From Octopus vulgaris (lineage: Eukaryota), in contig OX597815.1 of NCBI GenBank assembly GCA_951406725.2, positions 78,740,001-78,804,000 on the forward strand: 64,000 bases of DNA, given 5' to 3'. Below, in pieces: positions 53,745 through 64,000 of this stretch. The notes below the pieces were generated by a model. It did no database searches, had not been told where the DNA came from, and saw only the letters and a list, made by a program, of their open reading frames with translations. The translations under genes were made by a program, and so were the position numbers. Numbering within the stretch: the first letter of the stretch is position 1; each line of letters starts with the position of its first letter.

Positions 53745-53826
53745 CCTCTGAAGATATTATGCTCAGGTCATTTAAATTTAATATTTACTCAATATTTACT
53801 CAATATTAATTGAAACAGCTGTAAGG
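53745..53826 (+). ncRNA. Type I hammerhead ribozyme with palindromic stem III
   Basis: CCT-CTGAAGA-T-ATTA...TAAT-T-GAAA-C-AGCT-G-TA-AGG; weak AU-rich stem II; about 70 nt upstream of (TA)n. Confidence 0.65.
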
Positions 53827-53893
53827 GATGATTAATTTGCTGTTAATAATAAACAATTATTAACTCCTCAATCTCCATTTTCTTTTTCTTCTT

Positions 53894-53948
<55 letters not shown>

Positions 53949-54007
53949 ATAAAGAGAGAGTTATCGAAGAATCCATATGTTAGGAAAAACAAGCACTTGT
54001 ATATTAT

Positions 54008-54208
54008 ACAGTATTACAGATCCATTTCAGCTGATTTTACCAAGCATTTTTTGCCCACAAGTTAGGGAGAACTTAAGATAGTGCTCATCAAAAAGGCTGG
54101 TATAAGTATTTTTCATACCAGCCTTTCTGACAAGCAGCCTTAGGTTGTCCCCTAATTTTTGTGTGAAACTAATTGGTAAAATCAGCTGAAATAGATCTAT
54201 AATACTGT
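54008..54208. repeat. Imperfect palindrome made of two decayed hammerhead-bearing arms
   Basis: Arms 54008-54103 and 54115-54208 are approximate reverse complements. Confidence 0.75.
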
Positions 54209-54350
54209 TTAGTATAAATATTAATATTGATATCCTCTAAATCAATAGACATATGGTCAAGACAAGGACTTTGCAAGACACATCAAAGGTTGACCATCTA
54301 ATAAAACAGTAACTCTGAATAAAAACTGAACTCTGAGTAAAAACTGATAC

Positions 54351-54421
54351 AAGGAAACTCTTTAGCTAGCCATGCAAGAAGGAAACTCTTTAGCTAGCCA
54401 TGCAAGAAGCAACCTCTTTAG
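54351..54421. repeat. 28-bp tandem repeat, about 2.5 copies
   Basis: AAGGAAACTCTTTAGCTAGCCATGCAAG repeated. Confidence 0.85.
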
Positions 54422-56643
54422 TTCTGGGGGAATGATAAAATGTACTCAATACACATTATTAAGTGGTTGGATAGGAAGGGCATGCAATCATGGAAGCAAT
54501 ACCAAAACTAGAACATACAAGTGAGATGTGGACCACTTAGGTGAGCAGTAATTCCAAATAAGAACTGATACAGGGTAGAAGAGAGTCTGTAGTCCATATT
54601 GCTCAATGTTTTTGTTTTTAAGACAGTAGAGTATGGCTGCTATTTATTGAAAGTTGTTTGACTGTATTGACAGTTTATCTGGCAGGATGTTATATATTGA
54701 ACTCAAGCAGCTTAACTAGGAAGTAATTAAATAAATGATGTATAACGGTGAGAGTTTAACCATACCTACATGTACATGCATGCACACACACACACACACA
54801 CACACACACTTGTGTGTATTTTCTTTTTTATGATGACATGAGTTGCATGGGTTGTCTGTCAATATCATTTTGTATATACAGGAACAAAAAAATAAAAAAG
54901 AAGAAAACTTTGGTGTGGTACATGTCTTATGTGTATTTTGTCATGCCATCAACTACAGAGAGATTGTCCCATATGAGGAAGACTGAAGGCTTTAGGTATA
55001 GTGTATGCCTAAAGATCAAAAGAGATGGTCATGATTGGAACATCTTTGATTACATGTCTGGTCGATCAAGTCAGGCCTGAGACTCAACAAGATCAACAAT
55101 CAATTCTATGTAGTAATACATGCACCAGATCAGAACTGATTAAGCAGGTCAGTGGTATATAGTTGAATGAGCAGGCATGACCCAGAGATCTTTAACTTTC
55201 TCATCATACCGTGCATCTTATTAGCTGAGGGCCATGTTGTATATTGATCTGAAATAAAGTATTTCAAACCTGTCTTATGAAATAATAATTGAGATACATA
55301 GTCAAGGAGCAGGTGAGGAGGATGTTATAGAAGACAAATACACTCTAAAGATATTGTCATAGCACAACTTTTTAATTACATTGGTTGCTAAAGCAATCTT
55401 TTATATCTATCTAAATCAAGGCAGCTATAAAAAACAACAACATCAAATGCTACACATAGGTAATGTGTACATACAGTGTTACAAATAATGTGAACATTCT
55501 ATAAAACACTGGCACTCGTATAAGAAGAGTTAACATTCTGATGTCAGCTAAAGAATTCCATGAGGTGTATTTTAGATAGCATCAACAAATAAGCTTGCCA
55601 TATCTATTGCTTTCCAGTAGGTTGTTGATAGTCTTGCTAATAAACCAAATGTTTCACCAGAAGTAAGATTGTGCACATATTCTCACATGCATAGCTTATA
55701 GGAAAATTGAAGCATCAATTACTGATTTGTTCGACTGGCACAAGGAGTGTGGTTGATTGAACTGGCCCCAGAATATGACTGGTACTTCTTTTATTGATCT
55801 CAAGGAAAAAAGCAGTCATTCTGCCACCCCGATAGAATTTAGACTCAGAAAGACAAAATTAAACAGTATTTGATCTACAACCCCAACCACGTTTACCACT
55901 TTACAATTCTTGCTGTCATCTATTTTTACCAAACTCTGGCGGATGTAAAGTGCGGATCCATCCATATCCAAATCTGCAGCAGTTTTGATGACATATCTCT
56001 ACTGACACGTAAATCACGATACTACTTAAATCTGCCCCCCATCTCTCTATCTATCTATCTCTTAACCAATTTGTATAAGTTAGTTCATCTTTCTCCTTAT
56101 CACACTGGACAACAACCTGGAAGCAACTAATATTTCAATCTTGACCCAAGAAGCTATCACACACAGATACACACACAAGCGCTCACAGATATATGAGTAA
56201 TGAGTATGTCACATAATGATAATACAATTCCCAGGAAAATAATAACAATAGCTATCAATTACATCTGTGACAGAAATGTAAAATAAAAAAAAAAGTCAGT
56301 GATCAATGACAGAAATGAAATATTGCATTGAATGCAGGTACAAGCAAATAGCTAAGCAGCTTCCTATGTAATCGCAAGGTCTCAGGTTTGATCCCATTAT
56401 ATCATGGCACCTTGGGTAAGTATTTCTTATCACAGGCACAGGCATAGCTGTGCAGTAAAAAGCTTCCTTACCGACCACATTGTTTTGAGTTCAATCCCAC
56501 TGCATGGAACCTTATGCAAGTATCTTCTACTAAAGCCTCAGGCCAATCAAACTCTTGAGAGTGGATTTCGTTTTTGGAAACTTAAAGAAGCCTATCATAT
56601 ATATATATATTAAGGACATATATGTATAAAGCCCATCATATAT

Positions 56644-56878
56644 AAAGGACAACAAAAACCAAGGCAGGATGAGTATCTCAAGTCATTTCGAATATTTAAT
56701 TAGAGTAGGTGAAATTGAAGTAATTAATTAATTAGTTAAATTTTTGGATGTTAATGTATTAATTATTGGAGTAATTAACTAATTAATTAATTAATTAATT
56801 ATTTCAATTTCAGCTACTCTAATTGAATACTCTAAATGACTTGAGATATTCGTCCTGCCTTGATTTTTATTGTCCTTT
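56644..56878. repeat. Inverted repeat within a (TA)n-flanked element
   Basis: Arms of about 95-105 bp (AAAGGACAA...AATTAGTTAA / TTAACTAATT...TTGTCCTTT). Confidence 0.8.
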
Positions 56879-57565
56879 TACTCTAATATATACCTGCTAA
56901 CTCAGAAGCCTACTATGGATCTCTAGCTCCACCTTCAGTAGTGAACTTGGAACCTAATGGATGACCGATTATAGCACTTACACAGCATACCTATTCATTT
57001 AGACCACCAGTGAACTAAACTCCTCATATTCTTTATACATACATATATATATATATATATATACAACAAGAAATGATTTGTGCCTCTTTTTATGGAGACC
57101 AAAGGGTTTATAAGACTGCAAAAAAGAAGTCTTATAATTGAGACAGAGATAAAAGAATTCTGTAATTGAGACAGAGATAAAAAGCATTGATTAGAGAACA
57201 AACATCAAATTCGAGTCATTGACTTTATATAACACCACACTTCCATACATTTGATCATATTTAAATATTACCATGGCCTTCAACATATAAAGAATACATA
57301 TATAAAAAACACAGAAGGTAAAAAATATATATGCAAATAAAAATACAAATATATAGAACAACTTATCAAGAAGGTATATACAATCAATTAAAATTTCTAA
57401 AATCTGTCATGCGACTAAAAATCTAAATAAAATAAAATATCAATCGACTAAAAAAATTTTCTTACTCCCCTCAAATAAAAATATGTCAAAAAAGTTCATC
57501 TCATAAAAACCAAGGTAGGTTGGAGTTCAGAAGCATAAGAGAGTTCCACACAATCAAGTCAAACA

Positions 57566-57649
57566 CATCTATAGCCATTTCGGAAGTACACTGTCGCAGT
57601 TCAGTTACGAGTTAAAGTGCATCTCAGCAATGACCCCCTCATCAGGATG
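57566..57649 (-). ncRNA. Type I hammerhead ribozyme with AUA cleavage triplet
   Basis: CATC-CTGATGA-GGGGGTCATTG...CAGTGTACTTCC-GAAA-T-GGCT-A-TA-GATG on the minus strand. Confidence 0.75.
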
Positions 57650-58428
57650 AACAGGAATCTCAACAAATCATATCTAAAATTGTGTGTGAATAAGTACATG
57701 TACATATGTGTATTTGTGTGCATGTGCATGTGGTGTGTATGTATGTATATATGTATGTGTGTAGTATGTGTATCCTCTCTCTGTGTGTATATGTATGTGC
57801 ACCATCTAACTTTATGTTCATGCATGCACACTATAACTGAAAATACCATTGTTTATTTTCATAAATGCACATACATGATAAAATAAAATGAAATGAATGC
57901 ATATGTGGGTATATATTTTCTTGTGTATATAAATATGTGAGTATAATATATAGCATAAATCTATATAACTAAACATTTTTTTGTGTGTAAATGTTTATAC
58001 ATTTTAGTTATGTTTAATCAAACACCAATCTTTGTAAATTACATCCTCACTTACTAAATACAATTTAGTTTATAGTATTTCTAAAAAATATTGTTTGGTT
58101 ATGAAAACAAAACAATTATGATCTTTGAGTATGTCTCTTCAGTGTGTTTATATATATGCACATGCCTCTAAACTAACTCTTTAGCACTTAAATTATTTTT
58201 TTCTCAAATGTGATGTTTATTTATTCACATTATTTTGAATTCTCATGCATTATCTTACAGCTTAGAGATTTCAATGATATGATTGTATATTTTTAGAATG
58301 ACATTGTAGGATAAGTATGAAAAGTAGGATCTAGCCAGTTTGAACATAAAACCTGTAGAATATATGGGCCAAATGTGGCCGATTTAAATGCTAAAGGACT
58401 AAATACCTATGTTGCAGTTTATGTACAA

Positions 58429-60305
58429 CTAGCAGAATTGTCCAGCGATGCTCGGGGCTGAATTGCTTGAAAGTTCTGTTAATGATTGCACTGAATTATG
58501 ATGATTATTCAGGCAAATACTGATATAAGTTTACGTTGGGAGATAAGGACTTAATGATCAAACGTGTACCATTGCATTGTTTTGGGGGAACCAAATTTCT
58601 GATGAGCATTATAGGGGCACCAACTTTAAGTTTGAGAATGTGTGGTGGTAGTCCGGGGGTGCTCAAAGGAATTGAGTACCTCTATTGGATCGATAAACTT
58701 ATATACATAGACTTCCCCAGGAATGAGTTTTAGCATTTCATCATTAATATGGTGAACAGTTTTATTCCTCGGGGCCAGAATAGCCCTTTGGCCAATCCAA
58801 TCCATACTCTGATAATTAGCTTGTAGATCTGGGAACACTGCATCTCTGAGATCAGAAGGCGTTTTAACAATGGTATAAATGGAATCGATGGCAATAATAC
58901 CATTTTCATCCCCTGATATTTTGCCTTCGCCAAGTGCAAGGAGGGTGTGAGGAAATGCTGCTGATGTGATATTAAGTCACATATGAGCACGCATATTGGT
59001 GTGAAGTTGAGAGTCTTCACCAGTGGCCATAATGTGGATGACTTAAGACAGGCACTTACTGCATCAGCTGTAGTCCCTTTGGGAATAACGGGAAGTGTTT
59101 GTCGGAAGTCCCCTGAAAGAAGAAGTGTTATGCCTCCCATGGGAGGTGAAGAGTGTTTGATGTCTCTGAGAGATCTATCTAGTGCCTCAAGAGCATGTCT
59201 GTGGGCCATCGTGCATTCATCCCAAACGATAAGCTTGCATCGTCTGAAGACTTCTGCCTGATCGGAGCTGTTACTGATGTTGCAAGTTGGTGTCTCAGTC
59301 TTCGCTAAGTGAAGCGGAAGCTTGAAAGTGGAGTGAGCTGTCCTGCCGCCTGGCAACAAAGTAGCCGCAATTCTAGATGATTCCACAGCTAGGGCAATGC
59401 CTTGTGTTCGCCTAATCTCAGCCAATATTAATTTGTTGACAAAAGTTTTCCCAGTGCCCCCAGGAGCGTCCAGGAAAAAAATCCTCCCAGTTTTGGCCCG
59501 GACTGAATTAACAACGGAGTTGTAAGCGAACTTGTGTTCTGGAAGGAGCTTTGGCTCATTCGGCAAGCTCATCAACATTAAAACATGTCTCACGCAGCAA
59601 ATGTGAAGACAGAGTGTTTGTGCCTTCCCGGTTTGTTAAAGGTAGGCCATTGACCGGCAAGGCACTACCGCCCATATCAAGTACAGTATCTTCAAACGTA
59701 GTTTGTTACCACACAGCCACACCTGCCCCTATGTGTGTGTGTGTGTGTGTGTGTGCGCGTGTGTATGGGTAGATATATTATGCATGTATATATGTGTATA
59801 TATATATATGTGTACATATAACATGTACATCTATATAGAATTTTTGGAGTTTCTTCTATTGAAGGCATTTTAACAAAAATGCTTCCGTAAAGGCGGTGAA
59901 ATATTGTCAATTTCCCCAAACAGGGACACAATTCAATTTTTAAACAATAACCAAAGCCCCTTCTCCGAAATGGGGAGGGTTACGGTTTACAATTATTTAA
60001 AAAATGCAACACAACAACGTTTCCTTGGTGAGGAACCAACAAACGTGATTACAATAGTCAAACAGTAATAATAATAACAACAAACCTGTTTAATATATCC
60101 CCATTTATGTGAAACCACTTATTCAAGTTCAAGTCATTGATGCAATTGTATACGAATTGCTAATACACACACACACACATAATAAGGGTGAAAAATTGAA
60201 TATTAATTTGATTAATATGAATTGAAAACCAGTAGTGTAGCATATAAGACTATAGGGGATCTTCTTCTAGCAAAAAGGATGAGCAGTCTGAATGGCTCAT
60301 CACTG

Positions 60306-60345
<40 letters not shown>

Positions 60346-60975
60346 CACACACACACACACACACGTAAGCTTACAATTTTATTTTTGCGTGTCAATGTGT
60401 GTAAAGAGGAAGTGGGAGTAATAGGCAGAGTAAAGGCTTTGAAGTGAAAGAGTGAAATGGTAAAATATTGAGTTTTCTCGAATTTTTTCTTAATTGGGGG
60501 GTCAAATTGAAAGAAATTTTGTATGCCATGACCGAATGGAAGTACTTGGAAAAATCATAGGTAAACTCTAATTGAAGAAATTGTGTGAGGAGTAAATCAT
60601 TATGTATTTATTTGTTTCTGTTTGCTGTGTATTTTTTTTTGAGTAGTGGTTTAAGGTACACTTGCAAAGAGAAAGTAGGAGAAATTAGGGTGATAGCATG
60701 AATCCAGAGTTGCAAAGAGAAAGTAGCAGAAAGTTTGGTGGTAATGGTAGGAGTGAAGCAGTTTAAATGAAAGAGGGAAATCTAAAAATATTGAGTTTTC
60801 TCGAATTTTTGCTTAATTGGAGGTGAAATTGGAAAAACTGTACCTGCCACAACCCGATGTATTCTACTCGTAAAAATGATAGGTAAATTCTAATTGAAGA
60901 AATTCTATATTGTAGATTTGTATAATAAACAAACGGTTTGGGAGGCAGATAAAATCTGCCTTTTATAATAAGAGA
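58429..60975 (-). mobile_element. Internally deleted Helitron
   Basis: A|TC 5' end at 60975; 3' hairpin CCCGAGCATCGCTGG then CTAG|T at 58429; carries a PIF1 helicase fragment. Confidence 0.9.
58520..59700 (-). pseudogene. Helitron RepHel PIF1-family helicase fragment (frameshifted, Rep domain absent)
   Basis: FFLDAPGGTGKTF (Walker A), GRTAHSTFKLP, LIVWDECTM, GDFRQTLPV and RAILAPRN in ORFs 58730..59593 and 58626..58838. Confidence 0.9.
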
Positions 60976-61688
60976 TAAAAAGTATGTGTATATATATTTA
61001 TATGTGTGTGTATGTATGAGTGTCCATACATACAGATTTATAAATGCTATTATGGTTTTATTATTTTTTGTTTCTTTTTTTTTTGTTAAAAATGTGTGAC
61101 TAGATATACTTATATATCTACTTCTTTTCTTGTTTTTTCTTTTTCTTTCTTTTCTCCAATAAAATTGTGTTTTATTGTTTTATTTACATATTTTATATAT
61201 ATAGCTTTGTAACTTTTTTGTCTCTATAGTTGTCATAAAACTATGTTGACTATATATCAGTGTGTGGTGACATATGTAAATGCGTTATGTGTATGAACCT
61301 ATGTACAAGTGTATGTTTAGATATGTATTTGTGTGTGTAAATAAATGTATATGTTTATGTTTTTTGTAAATGTACGCATAGGTGTGTGTGTGTACTTGTG
61401 TGTGCATGTGCATATGTGTGCTTGTGTGTGTAAAATTTCGCAATTCCTATTAGCAAATAAAGCATGTTTAATGATGAATAAATAATACTTTCAACATTTT
61501 CCACCTTATTTTCTGTTGTTTTTTTGTTTGTTTATATAATAACTCTGCATAAAATATTTTTAGAATTTTCAACTTTAATAACTGCCTTACGTCAATGCAA
61601 CGATGACAACATCTACGTATTGGATTGTAATACTAGAATAAGCAGATATGCTTCAAGAGGACACATCTTGGATGTGACCATACCTACA

Positions 61689-61728
<40 letters not shown>

Positions 61729-61789
61729 ATGTGTGTGTATAAGAAAGAGAAATGACAAAGGAATAAATAGTTATCTTATGAACTTCATT

Positions 61790-61870
61790 GGCTTACAGCT
61801 GTTTCTGCTATGACATGCAGTGCACTCACAGTTGAGTGCCTGAATAACACTTTATAGCTTCATTGGAACC
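61790..61870 (-). ncRNA. Decayed hammerhead motif (core CCAAUGA)
   Basis: GGTT-CCAATGA-A-GCTAT...ATAGC-A-GAAA-C-AGCT-G-TA-AGCC; stems intact, two core substitutions. Confidence 0.5.
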
Positions 61871-63167
61871 TCACATATGAAGTGCACCGCTTATTGGTCT
61901 CTCTCTTTCCCTCTTTCTTCCTCTCTCCCTCTACTTTTCTTATTTAAACCCTTTAGTGTTCGGATTACTTGCTCAAATGTAATGCATATTTATTGACATT
62001 GTTTTGAATTAATCAAACATTTGTAGCCTCAGAATTTCAATCATGTGAGTGTTTGATTTTAGAATAACATTGTAGGGTAGGTGTGAGACTTTGGATCTGG
62101 CTGGTTTGAATGTAAATCAAACAGAATGTTTTGGCTAGATATGGCCCATTTACATGCTAAAGGGTTAATGAAAAGAAATTCAACAGATCAAATATTTGAA
62201 TGCTCTTCATTGAAGCCAAGAGAAGATTCATCATAACTGCAGAAAATTTCAATAGATGGTAAGATTATTACTGCTTGATTATTAGCCTTAAGGTGTGATT
62301 TGAGGGAGATTTAGTTGCTATTTCTAGCAGGTTGTGCTAGAGGCTCTTTTGTTAGTTCTCGTGAAGCTGTTATCTTATCAGTACTGAGTAAAGTTAAAAT
62401 GTCAGCAAAGTGAATCCTTGACCTGGTCTTGATTTATTGATGTCTTTGAGAAAACAAAAATTCATACACCTCACCTATAAAATTGAACCTATGCACTAAT
62501 GTAAAAATATAATCAATACTTAATGAGAAGTTGTGATGTTCATATTTTACAAAAGGTTATTTGCAGTGCAAGGTTTTATTTAGAGTGCATCTAGTGGGTA
62601 TCTGTGTCAAATGCAAAAGTGATAACAAATTCAGTTTTTCACTTGCAGCAAACTATATAGAATGGAATCATTTGAACAAAAATTGTATTTCTCTTTAACC
62701 ATTCAATAAATAATAAAATATACATTCAAATCTCTCTCACTCTGTCAGACAGACAGATAGTAGAGAGGTACAGGTGTAGCTGTGTGGAATCTTGGGAAAG
62801 TGCCTCTTAACTACAGCCCCAGGTTAACCAAAACCTTGAAAACGGATTTGGTAAATGGAAACTGAAGGAAGCCCAATGTATATAGCTTGATAGATATAGA
62901 GATCCATGTGAGTGTTTGTGTATGTGTGTGCATGTGTATACTTGTGTTTCCTTATTTTGACATTTCATGTTATATAAGCATTGTCATTCATTTCCTATAT
63001 TCAGAGAAAGCATGTCTGGTCATGGGGAAATATTATCTTGCTTGGAATCAGGGTTGAGGGTAAATGACAAGAAAAGCAATCTGGCTATAGAAAACCTACT
63101 GCAATAACTCCTGTCCAACCTGTGCAAGCATGGAAAAGTGGATGTTATGATGATGATGATGATGATT

Positions 63168-63244
<77 letters not shown>

Positions 63245-63430
63245 TCTTAGTAATCATCTAAATGGCCTAATAGAATTTCCATGAAAAACAAACATAGTGA
63301 AAGTATTGTAGCTTAACTTGCAGGAAAGACCTAACAGTGTCCCTAGAAATTCAGACATAGTGAAAGTTCCACACCAGCTAAGCTAATTGCCTTTGATGCA
63401 TACATGTCGAGGACAGATGGACGGACAGAC

Positions 63431-63492
<62 letters not shown>

Positions 63493-64000
63493 CTAATTTA
63501 GTAAATAGCTTCAACAGTGAATTGAAATATGGTTGTAGATTCATTGACTCTTCTTGTTTGGATGTACAGTTAGAAACTAATAATATTTAAATTTATTTCA
63601 GTTCTGATGTACAGTGTGCAATGCATTGATAGTTATTGTTTAATGATGAGCTTGCAAAAGCACAACTATGCAAATCGGGTTATCCACCATGGTGTTAGTT
63701 TCATTCATGACTACTTCGTGCAGCAGCTGATCTAAGCTATTGATTAAGGGAAGATGGATATATCTTCTCTTCAGAGCAGTCAACAGACCAAGTGACAGTC
63801 ATTCAGGAGACTGACTCACTCTTTTTTCCAAAGCAACAAAAGTATACAAAGAACATATATATTCTTAAGTCCACCATTTCATCAATTACAACAGCTTCCA
63901 AGCTTTACCACTAATTCAGTTCTCAACTAAATTGCACACTGTTAATAGTTTTACAGAGGACACCTCCTCAGCTACACTTTGGCTAAATAGTTTGAGATTT

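Noticed and set aside
63750-63778. Minus-strand CTGAAGA followed by a GAAGAT/ATCTTC hairpin
   Set aside because: No GAAA or stem III.

Overview
AT-rich, microsatellite- and SINE-dense animal genomic DNA; the repeat families suggest an octopus/coleoid cephalopod (inference). The minus strand carries the first 13 coding exons (about 474 codons, ATG at 27801) of a carnitine O-palmitoyltransferase 1 (CPT1) gene. The gene runs off the left edge just after a 26-nt microexon that encodes the catalytic His. A CpG-retaining, promoter-like block (about 32.5-42.3 kb) lies upstream. The rest is transposon debris: pogo/Tigger, mariner, Tc1-like, piggyBac-like MITEs, Helitrons including a PIF1-helicase fragment, CR1/L2, RTE and R4-like LINE remnants, and many SINEs. 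The main unexpected signal is a dense, sequence-diverse set of type I hammerhead ribozyme motifs: about 6 near-intact and several decayed, on both strands. Most sit in non-coding elements next to (TA)n or (TG)n tracts, and some are inverted-duplicated. One forms the 3' part of a tRNA-headed SINE, and one pair lies inside a CPT1 intron. This matches Penelope-like/retrozyme-type non-autonomous retroelements. All folds were read by eye; no computation was run.
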